Source: Trichosphaerium sp. ATCC 40318
Lineage: Eukaryota > Protista > Tubulinea
Assembly: GCA_038496445.1 (NCBI GenBank)
Contig: JALMLS010000011.1
Location: 21,461 to 85,460, forward strand
Length of the DNA: 64,000 bases
Reading direction: 5' to 3'
The notes below the pieces were generated by a model that saw only the letters and a list, made by a program, of their open reading frames with translations, did not search any database and had not been told where the DNA came from. The translations under genes were made by a program, and so were the position numbers. Shown here in pieces: positions 13,160-27,209 of this stretch. Each line of letters opens with the position of its first letter. Position 1 is the first letter of the stretch.

Positions 13160-16100
13160 TTAAACATTCTTATCTCCTCGACTTGTGTTGGTCATTGGGT
13201 CTATAGATGATGCTTCTGTATCTATAGACTCGTCTTCTGAAATATTAGAACTATCGCTTATCTAGGAAAACAATCAAAGACATGAACAAATAGGGTATGG
13301 TTCCGTAAACTTTTTGTTACGGCTAAGAATAGAAATTCGGTGAAGGACAAAGAAAACAAAACTACAACGTACATTAACTGATTCTCCATCAGCTTGCGGT
13401 TCAGGTGTATCATTATACTCTCTTGCACTTAATGTTTGATTTATATTATTACCAATGCTTGATAGAGTCCTTGAAGCAGCACCAGTTGTATCAGTGTCCG
13501 GCTTATTTCTCAAAATAGCAATGAACTTTGGCCAAAATAGGAGTACGACAACACCTTCAAGTAGCGTTAGTTTTGTTGGTTTTTCACCTATGTTCAGAGC
13601 ATACCTGTAGTTGCTAGAAGTACACCAACTGATACCATGACAAAGAGAACGTCAGCTGTTGTCTTGAGGACAAACCCAATTGGAATAAGAAGAAGAGCGA
13701 GGAATGTAATGTTGTATATAGACAATGTGATATAGTAACTCTCGTTAAAACGTAGGATTGACACCTTGCGTATTTGGTATGATAGTATGAGTCCAAAGAG
13801 TAGCCATAGAGCCTATTTTTGAGTTAATATATTGAATTATTGTCTTGTCCTTACCTCTACAACAAGAAGTACAACCTCCCATGCCAAATATCCATCTTTT
13901 TCATGAATACACTTTATACGTGCAATTGTTTTATCAGAATCATCAACAACACGTGTAGCAGTTCTTCTGTGGACTAAAAAAAAACCTCAAAGTTAGGAAT
14001 TTAAATTCTTTTCAAGTTTGGTTGATTTTGAAGGATATTTATAAATTGTTATATCAGCGTACTTGATGTATATACAGATAAATATACGATGACAGCAGAA
14101 ACCATAGCAGCAAGTGGTAGTAACAACTCAAAGTCGGTAATGACAACTTTTTTAAGTTTTCCCTTTCTTATGCTGAAAATACGCCATACACGGTATGTCT
14201 TGATGAACAAAGCGCTAGGAAATAACAAGTTAGAAACGGCGACAAGCCCATTTCGTATGAGAAATAGAAATTCAAGAATATTGGTGACGTACCCAAAGAC
14301 TAAAAAGAAACCAACATGAACAAGCCAAAATGGAATTGAACACAATGCTTCAGTCTTTTTGAATCCGTTGATAGGAATTGAAATGTACTGCATAATACAC
14401 CCAAACAATATAACGAATAGAAACAATGGACTTGCAGCCCTAGTTAATGAGTTAGAAAAGCACAATGAAGAGAGAAAACAAAAATAAATTACTGAAGAAA
14501 AAACAATTCTTCTTCCGGTTTAGGTTATTAAATGATGAGTAGTACCTTATACGTGGATGTTTCATATACACGATTGTCATAATACCACAGACAATACAGA
14601 GTAAGACACCAATAATTGCCAAAGCAAAGAAAGTATATCTCACTGATGCAATCAATTCAGGTTCTTTAATTTCCGGACTATCAGAAGGAGGCGTAAGAGA
14701 TCCTTCAGGCCAATTGTATGCATCTTTATACGAATTATAAGTAACCTCGCACTCACATATAAAAGAAAGGGGAGACGTACTTGATGGATCTGGTACATAC
14801 TCTGTACCTTCCCATACACCAACTTTTACATAGTTTCCGCCTTCTTGGTAATTAAATAAATCATATGGGAGAGATGATCTATCTCCTGTTGCTCCATCAA
14901 AAGCAATACTACCAGTAACTCCAGAAAACGTTTCATTCCACAACAAGTCTATTACACGTTAATAGGAACTAGACTACTTTATTTAAAGAACCTATAATCA
15001 CGTACCATTCACTTTTTTACCAAAATCAGAATCGCTATAGCTAAAACCTTGTACTTCTAACAATTCGTGAAAAACCCGTGCTATCATCCATGTAGCATCG
15101 TATGCAAATGCGGCGTATGTTTCTACTGTACTCAAACCAGTATATTGTAGGTAGTCAGTCTCAAATTGAGGATATCTTGGTCCCTAACAGTATATAAACA
15201 AAAATAGAAACGCTGGGTTTTTTTTGAAAGTCATCACCCTTTTTTTGGGTTGCAACCAAAACTAACGGCGGAGTTATTCTTTTCACGCCATAAAAATGTC
15301 GTACGCAAACACAATATATTTTGAATAATGATAGTCTTAACTAATACGGAAACTTTTGGTTTTCGAAAAGTTGGCCTTGTTTTCGGCAAAAAATCGATGA
15401 TCGTACGGTTGTTGGGTTAGGTTGGAATCCAACTGCTCCTGATATACCACGTTGTATTAAGCTTATTTCATCGGGATCAGTTACACCAGACTGAGTCCAA
15501 ATATCGCGAATAAACGACGCATCAGTAGCAATCCAAGCATAATCCTTTGATGCCATCTAATGAAAAATCGATAAATACTTCAATCGAAAACGCACGTCAA
15601 AAAAAAAACGCAAAAACGCGCTAAAAATTTTTGTACGTACATCTAAACTAACAGCAGTCTTAAAAGTTGTTACAGCATCAGAGGAATAACAAATAAGCAT
15701 AATAATGCGGATACCTACAAAACAATAAACGTAAGGCGCTTCTATCGGAGAAAAATCCAAATGAAATACAATAACGTATTGTGAAACACTCTGTAAAACA
15801 CAAATTGCACGCAGTAACCAGTTAGCGGTATTTTCCGAAAAAAGAAATTATATTGTTGAATTTCTTGCTCACCTAGATTCTTTAATCTGTTCATTGCAGC
15901 GCTTACATCAAACCCAGTCTGTCCAGGGAAACTTTCTGATGCAACGACATCAATCGAATACCCTGGCGCTTCTTCGACAATTTTATCTCTAATGAGTGTG
16001 TGGAGCTCCTCTTGAGAGTATAGAATACCCTAGGTATCATTTGAGATGAGAAAGGAAAATGCCGAAAAAGCCAACGAAACCCAAATACGTACAATACGAC

Positions 16101-16884
16101 TCCAACCATAATGCTTGCATAAATCGAGCATAGCGAGAGCTTGTTGATCATCTGGTAGTACAACGCGCTTAAAATACGGGTGTTTGGATTTTTCAGATAG
16201 TTTGGGACTTGTAGAACCTTAAAACGCTGTTAGATAGGAAACGGTAAACTTTCTGCAATTGCGTAAAAAATTAACTACGCGTAGCACTTGAAGTGTAAAC
16301 TAACCCCAAGATACCATAGGTATATTCCAGTAGGTTGCCAACGAAGATATAGGCGTAGATACTACAGAACAACCTGCCCCAACAATTGCTTGAATGCCCC
16401 GAGTGCGAAACTCGGTAAACTCCAATAAACCCTTGCCTACGAGTCATTAGCTCGTTTTCTATAATTGTACAAACAACACGTTCAAATTTATCCAACAGCT
16501 ACAAATATGGTTCAAGAGCGTTTAGTACCTTCGTCACACTCAGTATCATTAGCAACTGGCTCCAGGGTGTGGTTTGGAAGTATGGTGTTGTCTGCATTAA
16601 TGTCTAAAAAAAAAGGTAAACATTAATCTTTCACGTACACCTTTTGGTGTGCATAGTGAGCAAAGTAAAGATATAATACGTACCACGGACTGCTAGTTCG
16701 AAACCTGGAAGTGTCCTATCGCCAATAGACCAACCGCCGCTGTGTGGAAACAACCCACCAATTGGGATCGCTTTTGCTGTGACTTTTCAAAGGTTATTTC
16801 GTTCTTTTAGGCATTCTACTTTTACGTACAGGTTGCTGTAAGTAGGAAAAGGCACACAATAAATAATTTATGTGTGTCGCGCAT
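13160..16884 (-). CDS. Class C (GABA-B/Grl-like) GPCR with Venus-flytrap/ANF-receptor ectodomain, multi-exon
   Basis: Signal peptide; IPIGGLFPHSGGW, YAAFAYDATW, FSGVTGSIAFD..GDR; 7TM motifs RAASPLF, LFIKTYRVWRIF, FHEKRWIF; low-complexity C-tail. Confidence 0.88.
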
Positions 16885-17390
16885 AGCGAATATGGTACTG
16901 GTTAGGTTTTTTTTGATTTATGAGTTAAGCAAAAACTACAAGTTTGCTTAAAACAGCGGTTAGCAATTACGGCTTACTCTAATTCTCACGTTCTACACCA
17001 ACCGAACCAAGGCTAGTACAATTAACTTCAGTACACTCACGTGATAGATGAGGTTAAGAGGCTTCTTAACTGGGATGTGGTTCGTTGTTAACAAGTAACA
17101 GGAGTTTGTAGGTACTTCACAGCAATGTTTGACTCCGACTTAGTAACTGCGTGATAAGGAGGTTGAACACAAACGTGCATCAGTGTTAATGCTCTGAGGG
17201 AATTAGCGCTCGTTAACGGCTGCAACTTTTTAAACGGTGAAGCAATGTTCGATTGATAATTCGGCGGCTGTACATATATTCACATGTAGTTTTGAGACAG
17301 ACGAGCAAGTTGGCAGTTTGAGTTCAAGTAATCAAGAATATTATTTTGTTTGACTCTGGCTAAAAATTAGTTATTCAAAGCAAATACAAC

Positions 17391-17871
17391 ATGGTACGCG
17401 TTTACGCTCCTAAATATGATTTCTTGCTCATAGTCTTCCTTGAACGCTCTTTTTTGTGTTGAAAAATAGCTATTGAACGTTAACTCATGTTTCTATAGTC
17501 TAGCGCTTCCCATATTAGAGTAAAAAGAGCCAAGCAAACGATCTTCCTCTATGTAGAGCCTACTGATACTATTCTCGTTGTAAAGGCTAAAGTCGCCAAA
17601 ATAGATAGCGACTTACCTGCAGACAAGACCAAAATCCTTTACAAGGGAGCTGAATGCGACCCTAAAGCAACACTTCAATCTCTTCATATTACAGACTCAG
17701 ACGGCACAGCAGTGCACTTGATCACAACAAAGGACGACGGTGGGTGAAACAAACAAAATTGTTTTATTTTTCTTTCAAAAAAATTTGAAGAACGACCTGC
17801 AAACATCTTATACGACATTAGGTACCTGGGAAACCTTGGCAGATCTAGAAGCTGAACCAATGCAATCATAA
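17391..17871 (+). CDS. Small ubiquitin-like protein, Elongin-B-like (3 exons; absent from ORF track)
   Basis: ATG exon 17391-17393, then exon from 17499 SSASHIRVKRAKQTIFLYVEPTDTILVVKAKVAKID...ILYKGAECDPKATLQSL, then last exon GTWETLADLEAEPMQS*. This fits a ubiquitin-like beta-grasp pattern. Confidence 0.75.
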
Positions 17872-18001
17872 ATGCTTTAAATTGAAATAAAAACCTGCTT
17901 GTATTGCTTTGGTATTAGTTTTACGCCTTGAAATGGCGCAAGCGCTACAATGTGCGAGGGTTAAGTTATTTTGTTTCATTTTTCATCCAACCTCAACCGA
18001 A

Positions 18002-19707
18002 ATGGCGGGAACTGTCAATGACCCTATGGACGTTGAAGATACGTTTGATGCAACCAAATGCTCTATTCCTGAGCTGCCTTGGATAGAAAAGTACAGGCCA
18101 AAAGTGTTAAATGACACAGTCGGTAATGAGGATGCCGTTGCGCGTTTAAAGGTCATATCGAAAGATGGTAACATGCCTAACCTTATTCTCGCTGTACGCA
18201 CTTTAAATGGCACAACAGTACGCTAACTAATATACAGGGACCGCCGGGCGTTGGTAAAACTACTAGTATTATGTGTTTGGCTGTTGCTTTGCTAGGTGCG
18301 CCATACGTTATTATACACATGCACATACGCGTTGTGAAGAACTAGTGCAGCGTTTCTGATCATTATAACCACTTTGCGCTGATAAATTTACAAAGGTGAT
18401 GATTACAACAAAGCTGTATTAGAATTGAACGCATCAGATGATCGTGGTATTGCTGTTGTAAGAGAGAAGATTAAAATGTTTGCTAAGAAAAAGGTTGTTC
18501 TCCCGCCCTCTCGGTACATAGTTTTGAAAGTTTAACTTGCGACACTAATATTATGAGTAACAGACACAAGATTATTATATTAGATGAAGCAGACAGGTAC
18601 CACAACGCTCAAAAATCAAAGTAAACCAACACAAAACTAATTTTTTTTATAGCATGACATCCGCTGCTCAACAGGCGCTTCGCCGTATTATTGAGGAATA
18701 TTCATCTACCACACGCTTTGCGTTAGCGTGTAATCTTAGTAATAAAATTATTGATGCGATACAGAGTAGGTACGTGACGTATCAATGTTAGCAAGCCCAC
18801 ACCTAAAATTTTTGAGACGGACCAAGAGTTCGTTGAATGACTGTCTATCTTTTGAGCATTATAAGCAACTAATACGTTTTTACTCAAGGTGTGCTATATT
18901 ACGTTATGCTAAGATAGGTCAGCAAGAACTTATGCAACGATTAAAGGAGATTATAAAACTAGAAAAGGTCCGCCTTGTAATTTTGATTTTATTTTACAAA
19001 AAAATTACAAACTCTAGTTTCGACTTGTTCTAACTTTAGTAGGTTAATTATACCGATGATGGTATTGAAGCACTTTTATTTACATCCGAGGGTGATATGA
19101 GAACCGCCATAAATAACTTACAAGGTAACGAAAAGGCGTTAAAACGCTTTTTGCAGTTCAGAATCTAAACTTTTTTTTTTGCAGCAACACATTCCGGATT
19201 TGGTGTGATCAATGGTCGGAATGTGTTTAAAGTATGTGATATTCCTCACCCTGGTTTATTACGCTCTATTATTGTAAAGTGTACTAAAGGAGAAATATTC
19301 GACGCTGTAAAAGAAGTCAGAAGAAAACTATGGGAGAAAGGTGATTTACTTTTTATTTTTTTTTTCACTTTTTCTGACAATCTCTATTCTTGTTCTGACA
19401 TTCCTCTTTCTCCAGGTTATGCATCTTCAGATATCCTATCAACACTCTTCAGAGTTGTGCGATACATGCCAGATGAAGACTTACCGGAGGGACTGAAACT
19501 ATCATTTTTACGAGTACGCCCTTCAGAAAGTCAAAAAAAAAAAACTCACTTGTTCTCTTGTGTTTAAACACTATCACCTTGTATTTTACTCACTTCCTTT
19601 TTCAGGAGATCGGTATGTGTCAGAAGCGTAGTATAGAGGGGTGTCAATCTCTATGTCAATTGACTGGCCTATTGGCGCGGTTCTGTGCAGAGTCAAAAAA
19701 GCGATAG
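18002..19707 (+). CDS. RFC2: Replication factor C small subunit (human RFC2 / yeast Rfc4 type)
   Basis: [73 protein letters not shown]. Confidence 0.93.
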
Positions 19708-21795
19708 TTGTATGTACAATAAATTTTGAAACAAAGAAAAAAAACCAAAACCCGAGAAATTATCAATTTAACTAAAACATTGGCGACAGTATCAAAGGGG
19801 GTATTTATTACTTTGGCAAGAATTTCATTGCGACACTTTTACCTGAATTTGTTATTTTCGAGCTTTATGACTTTATTGCGCTATGCAATACGCTTTAATA
19901 GAAAATACGTTATTTGTCACCGTGTTTTTTGCTTTTGGGCTCTATTAGTGGACACCTGATGCAATTGTGTTAAACTTACACGAATTCGATCACAATCGCA
20001 CAAACAGTTTTGTTACGCAACAGTTAGTGTACTTTAAGGATAAACAAGGATGAATTATTGATTTTTAATGGAAAAAGATTTTATGACTATCAGAATTTGT
20101 GTTACGTACATGATGACGTTATTCCGTCGTTTCCGTCTTACTTCCGATCATAATTTGCAATACTTCTTAATACAGAAAGCACCTGTGACCGAAACGGTGT
20201 AACAAAAACAACAAAAAAGAGCCTCAACCTCTCGTGTAAACGAGTCGTAAGTTTCAGCGGACGTAGACTGCTAAGCACCCCTAATATAAACACATTAAAG
20301 TTTAATGTACCCATCGCACTCACTTTAATAACTGGATCATCTGCACATATAAATGAGAAGGACATTGTTTTCGTCAGAACATTGACGTTTTTTTTTTTCA
20401 AATTGCAAATTTTCGCGTGAGGTACGTACCTTTCATTTTTATTGTATAGATTAGACTGTACTTATTTTTCCTTCTAGAAGACCCATCAATCTCACGTGAT
20501 GCAAGCTGGCTTACGACTTGAAAGTGGATGCAAAAAAAACAACTATTGGTGTTTTTTTTTTTCATATTTCCTACAAATTAGTAGCATCTGAGTTTATATC
20601 AAATGTAATAAACTTGTTTACTTACTATCATGTGTTTTGGTAACCGTCGCAGTTTAGCAAACTCTTCAAATTAGTTTTTGTCTTGGGAGAGTGCTCTAGA
20701 CGCGTGAAGGTAGTTGTTTTTGTACATACCTTAGTTGCTATGAACACGCTCGTCAATTTGTTCGCCTTGAGGTTTAACTACAACCTAGTCATTGTACCTA
20801 ACCGGAACAATCTATGTACAGTTTCTCCTCCTACTCGGACGTTCTCGGCATGAGTTTTGGAATATTCACAAAACAACCTCGGTCATTCTTATAACCTTTG
20901 TGTTTCATTTTTTTGTCAAAAAAAAAGCTGTTGAACTGTATTATGCTAAGGTTTTGTCAGTGTGCAATGCCTTTAGACAGTGTGACGGATCGAGGTTCTC
21001 ATAATTTATACTTTGCTAAGAATTTAACAGTTACTCACATGAACCGCTGACCTTTCGTTTAAACTGAATACAAACACTTTGAATTGCACTTCTTTGGCAT
21101 ATCCTTTTAGAAAACCAAACATTTCTACGGATATCTTTCCGCAACGCTAACTTTGATTAAAGACAAGATGAGTTCACAATGTTTTGGTTTTGTCCAAAAT
21201 GCATGATGCATCTCTCGTAGCAACTGAACTAACAACGTATTCAACAATTCATGTGCCGTGTAAACAAGTGCTAGATTTGTTTCAAAGACTTTCTGCATAC
21301 GTTTCTTGATCTCGGAAAGCACGTGCATGAAACGATTTTTTTTGTTTAGGTGTAAACCGTGATTAAGTGATTTGAAGTATTTGGTTAACGGGGACACTTA
21401 TTCATGCACGTTAACACTTACAGGGCTATACAGTACTGAAAAAATCTGAACACGTGGATTTGTAGTTTTTAGACCAACAGATTGTATCTTAATCAATAAC
21501 TACCTTGTGTCTTGCTCCTGAACCTTTGTTTACACATAAACACCCGGTCCACACCACACGAGTACTTCCGCACGGCGTTTTAAGTGCTGCACGGGTCAAG
21601 TGCGGGTGGTGAACCTCCGGGATTTTTCGTGCGATTCATTAAATGCCGATTTTGTCGGCCGTTGGGTATATCGCTGAATATACAATTACAGAGCGTATGG
21701 TAGTGTTTTTAGCCAGTTTTAATAAAATTTAGTATTGAATCACATCTCTCGTCACATCACTTAGGTACTTCTATCATAAATACTAAACACATACC

Positions 21796-22197
21796 ATGTC
21801 TAAAGCAATGGAAGACTACAAAGCTTTTATTTTTCACTTCAGCTGCACTCCAGTATCAAAAGCAAAGAGCAACCAAAAGAGACGTTCCTGCATGGTTTCT
21901 AAGAGAGCACATTTCCGACAGGATAGGCAAAGAGTATTGAAGAGACGCTACCAGCTTCAACACGGAACATACAAGAGATACGAGGGCTACATCTTAGAGA
22001 GACAATTTGCACCTATGCCTACCCAAGTCCGATGTGTCAATATGGCTGTATATACCCAACCACGACCACAACAAAAGCAAGTATACCGGGCTATCATTAA
22101 AAAGACAATCCCAAACAATAGTATTACAACCATAACGAAACCTGCAAGATGCGCTGAACTTGATCGTCACATGAGATTGGACTTTATCCTAAACTGA
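21796..22197 (+). CDS. Small basic intronless protein with C-terminal MRLDFILN motif
   Basis: 133-aa ATG-initiated ORF flanked by AT-rich UTR-like sequence, with a basic middle region and terminal LxFILN. Confidence 0.6.
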   Translation: MSKAMEDYKAFIFHFSCTPVSKAKSNQKRRSCMVSKRAHFRQDRQRVLKRRYQLQHGTYKRYEGYILERQFAPMPTQVRCVNMAVYTQPRPQQKQVYRAIIKKTIPNNSITTITKPARCAELDRHMRLDFILN

Positions 22198-24965
22198 AAA
22201 AAAATACAAAAAACCCAAAACAAAAACTACAAATAATGTAATATAGTGTACAACAAAACCAATCAACTCTACCGCTCATTGAGCGCGTGTAAATAAATTA
22301 AATTGATACCAACCCAAGTGACTTAAACCTAGTTCTTTCCTGTACAATCTTCATTCATTCGTCTCCTACCGCTACCGCGTGTATGGCAAAGGTATCGTAA
22401 TGGACTAATTGTCATCATTTACTACTGGAGCATTATCTGTGCGCTTTTACAATTACTTTTTCAATAGGCGGAGTACTCTGCGACATAAACCAAAGAAAGC
22501 AAATCAACTTGTAAATATTTAGGCGCGAACTTACACGGAGCTATCTGCAATGAAGGTATACCAGAACAAGCAAGGTCAGATAGTTACGCGTATTCAAAAG
22601 CAACATAGAGGCAAAGTCACGTGATTTTGTCCAAAACAATATTTCACAGAACCTTTCGCTTCCTCAAAAAAAGCGAAATCTAGCATGACTTTTAAACCAC
22701 TTTTTTTTTCTAAGTATGTTTGGCTTCTTTATATACCGCTATGATCTACAATACTAATGGATAGTGAAAATAGGTGCAGTTCAATGCTTCTACATAAATA
22801 TATAACTCTACTACGTACTGAGTGTTCGTGTAAAGGAGTCTTAAAGAAGACATCCATGCACAATCTCTTAGCTTGGGTTTCGAGTTATTTCGCTGTGACA
22901 TCAATGTCACAAGTGGTAGTAAGCTATGACACGTCCCGTTGGTCCATCGGCAATACGCAAAATAAATACTTACTATTATTCCAGTTGCTGTACCAGCGAA
23001 AAGCGGACTGTACAAGACATGACTTACTACGACGAAATTTACTTCGAAATTCGAGCTTTGAGAGGTGCTATGTGGCCCTTTCAAGACTCCTACCTCCCTC
23101 CTCTTCGGGATTTCCCGGAGACTTACAACCAATTGACACGATCACCTTTCACATCCTTTTTTGTTGTTTTCCAAATTTTTGTATTGTAAAGAACGAAAGC
23201 GGAAGAACTAGTGCTAGAGGTATCGTGGTTCTGAGTTCAACACGATAACAGAATCTTAACTGTGTACAAAGTATCATGTGTGTATGTGCACTTTCGTGAT
23301 AGAAACCGGCTCGTCCAAGTTACACCCAAAATAATAATTCCATTTCAACACTTTATCACAACAATATAGGCTTGTATGTGATACAGTACACTAAAATACG
23401 CGTCTCTGTTGGTTATCAATAACGATAGTTACCTGAGGTTCCAAAAACATGTGAGTTACTTTATGTGCCATCTGTCGTTACACAATGAACAACCGAGTCT
23501 ATTTTTTGGTGACAAATATTTCATAGCAAAAAACCCAAATTAGTCTAACAAATCATTCAAGTTGGCAGACCTCTTCGAAAACCGACTTTCGAATCAGCTG
23601 GGAATGTCAATTTGTAACCGGTTCAGTTATGAATATACACGTAGTAAAATTAGTTTGTTTCTTACGATGCTTGAGCTTACCAAACGCGTGATATAGTCGC
23701 AATATCATATTTTCTCAGTGATAAAACGTAAAAGTTCATCACCCTGTTGAACCAAGCGTCTATGAGAGGGAAAATCCTCATGCGACAGCACAGTACGTAT
23801 GTGTCGCCAATATGACGGAGGCATATAACAAGAGGTGAGGTATATGTAAGTAAGGCATATTTGTGTTAAACATAAGTTTAGGTCTCTAAAAAGCGCTATA
23901 TCTTGAACTCACGTTGTCTCGGTAAAAACCGAATATCTTCAATCTTTGTTGCGTTATTGTCCGTTCAAGTTTGCAAAACTTTGCACCTTTTTGCTGTTTG
24001 TGACTTTTGGTTTTCGTGTTTTAGTCAGATCTGACATATCTTGCAACTTCTGTTAGTTCTTGCAAGGTCTGTTAAAAACTACAGGATATGACGGATCTTG
24101 TCAGTTCTGAAAAACCATAATCCACGTCTACAACGCATACATATTATTTGCGACACCACGTGTTTTTAACCATTATTTTATTTGGAACATTAGCTGTTCT
24201 GCTGACGTCCTATAAGGCCAGTTGTGGTGAGACAAAACGGCACAAATTAATTCCTTATTACTATCCTAAAACCATTTTTTTACATCCTCACAACGTCTGA
24301 GACTTTTTTTTAATACAGCAACTTGCAAATAAACTACAAAACTATGTTAAAGTATGTTTTACCTCTAGTGATGGCTATTTCTACGCGCGGGAGGTACTAA
24401 AAAGTGGGTTTGAGACAGCAAAAATAATAGATCACGTGGCGCGCTCAAGATTGGCTCGAATTGTCAAAAAAACGTCACCACTGGCCACAATTTCCAACAG
24501 AAGTGTCGGTTAGGCCTACTATGACTTAGTGTACCGCTAAAATGTAGATATCTGAAACTCACTCAATATAGGGCTTTCAACCACTCTATGTATAGAACTA
24601 TATTTTAGAACGTATGAGAGTAGTTTGGATGAAAAAAAAAGGACTTGGTGATTAAAAAAAAAGCCAACAACTGGAAGAGCGAAACAATTGCTCTTCTCTG
24701 AAAAGCTTGTGAAAACCAAATCGGAATATCGTCGCCTATTTCCAACTTTTTACGTTTTGGCGATAGATTCGGTATTCTATTCGTTTGGAACATCGCTAGG
24801 ACACTTTGTCACGAGTTATGTGATGCATTCACAATGCACTGGTTCCACCAAGTTGGTCACCAAACTGGCTGGATGATGTGGAATGCGAGTTCACTTTGAT
24901 CTAACTTGACTTATTTTCAGTTAACGACTGTTTGTTGAATATCAAGCCATAAAACAGTAACACAA

Positions 24966-27209
24966 ATGGCCGAACCAACATCGCTACAAGAATTACCTGA
25001 CTATGTTAATATGAAAGTTACCACCTCAAGCGAGTTTGCGTTGCGTGGTTTGTCAAATAAGATAAAGGTTGATAAAAATAGCTTAGGCGTGTGTAATAGG
25101 CACTAATGGTATCATTCATAGGTGTTATTTGAAATTAAAACGGACCATCCACCACAAGACCAAGAACCGAAAAAAAGGAGGCCTCTTAACCTTGCTATAG
25201 TACTAGATAGGTATTGTGTTTAATTCAAACGATTCTATTGTGTAATACCGGCGATAATGGCTAAAACGGCTTTAGGTCTGGTTCTATGCGTGGTGACAAA
25301 CTAACCAACGCTAAAAAAGCTATTTGTAAAGTCATTCAAAATTTGGGGACAGAAGATGTGTTACACTTTGTCGTATACGATTCAAAGGTGCAGACAATAT
25401 TCCAAAACGCTAGCGTCACCAAAGAGACAAGGTGAGTTTTCAGTTAAAAATGAATGTCTAAGTTGTCAAATCCTTCTAGAAGCTCCTTGGAAACTCAGGT
25501 TAAAGCTATAAAACCGAAGGGCATGACGAATTTATGGTATGGGTTTTTAATCGGATTAAAACCCTTAAGCGGCTGTAAAAATTTATTCTATGCGTAGGGG
25601 AGGTGTATCTCAGGCTGCAGAGTTAATAAAGGAACATAATAAAGAAGGAGCAACAAAACGGTAGGTTCAAAGAATTAAATCAATTCGCGAAAAAAAACTT
25701 TTCACATTTTTCTTAGTGGTCACTTTGTAATTTTTTTTTTTCAGGATATTTTTGTTCTCTGATGGTATTGTTAACAAAGGAGTGAAGAAAAGTACAGATA
25801 TTCATGAAATGTACGGATCACTAAGCCATGCGCTTGAATAGGTTTAAATGGAAAACGTCGCTTGCGCGATGTTTTTTTTTTTGTGTTTTTTTTTCTTTTT
25901 AGCGCTTTTATAACAAGTTCTGGTTTATTGGATGATTACTGAAAACGGATTTTAGGGTTTCTGATCTATACCATTCACAAGATGTAAAAGTATCCGCATT
26001 TGGTCTTGGAGAGGTACGCATACATTGTAAACTACACGCAATCTAAGAAGAAGTTTCTTCATTTTCGTTTTTTCGAAAATTTGATAGTTTGTTTAACAAC
26101 GGCCTTTTGTTTAGGATTTTGACGAAGACTTGATGAGAAACATAGCAGAATTTGGCACAGGCACCTACTTTTTTATAGAGGGCGCTTCAGGTACGTTTAC
26201 AAAGAACTAAGGTTCACGTCAAAGTGTCTAACCTAACATTTTTAGCTATCGTCAAATTTGTTGATTTTGCACTCACTGGCCTATTGAAGGCTATCGGATC
26301 TGATACAAAACTCAAAATTCGTGGCAAAAACTGTGCGTAATTTTAATTAAAGCAACAAAATATGTTGTTTTGATTGTCTATGACGATCTCTCTTCTAATA
26401 ACTATTTTTAGCAGCTACTTTGACGAAAATATACGGTCACAAAGATTTAGTACAAGGAGCACTCTTAGATGACCTTAAACAAGATAACTCACGTGAAGTT
26501 GTAGCTGTATTAGAGGTTAAACCTACAGAGCATGTTGTAGAAGAAGAGGTAACTCATTTTTTTGGATAATTTTTTCGTTTTCTTATTTTTCCAACTATAG
26601 CTACTCACTTGGGAGTTATCTTATGTTCCATCTGCTTTAAATGACGAAAAACCTTCTAATGAACGCGTTGGTACGCTTGCAACTTTTTTTTCGGATGTTC
26701 TAATTTTGGTTTTTTCTCATTTTTTTTAGTTGGTTCTGGTGTGGTTACTATCAAGTATACTGACGATGAAGACACTTTTAATTCATCTATGAATGTTAAC
26801 GTAGAAGTGGCAGAAGCGTTACAGATCGTAAGATAATAACGGTTTTTTTTATCAACAAATTCTAATTTTATTCCTATGTAGGCATCCGAGATTGACGCAG
26901 AAGTCATTACATTACTTGATAGCAAAAAAACAGACGAAGCTGTAGAATCACAAGAGCGTCAGATAACAATGCTTAAAGCACTCGTAGAGAAAGATGAGTC
27001 AGGTAGAGTTAAAGCTCTATTAGAACAGGTATTTTCAAATTTGTTTTATTAAACATTTATTTACCCTCCCTTCCTAGACTGAATCCGCTCTTGCTAATTT
27101 GAAGAAAGAAGGCAACTCTAGAAAGGTTAGAAAGCAAGTACAACACCAGGGATACATGAAGCGTCGTGCATCAATTGGATACACTGCTGGTTATTGTTCT
27201 TTTGATTAA
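24966..27209 (+). CDS. von Willebrand factor A domain protein (many short exons; absent from ORF track)
   Basis: Spliced RPLNLAIVLDR|SGSMRGDKLTNAKKA (MIDAS DxSxS), PKGMTNL, IFLFSDGIVN, AFGLGE|DFDEDLMRNIAEFGTGTYFFIE; stop TAA 27207-27209. Confidence 0.88.

Noticed and set aside
21541-21670. GC-rich patch considered as a tRNA or ncRNA
   Set aside because: No cloverleaf, T-loop or other recognisable RNA motif; more likely the promoter of the 21796 gene.
22746-23248. Three overlapping ORFs (163, 128 and 87 aa)
   Set aside because: No recognisable motif, and trial splicing hit stops. I cannot tell which frame, if any, is coding.
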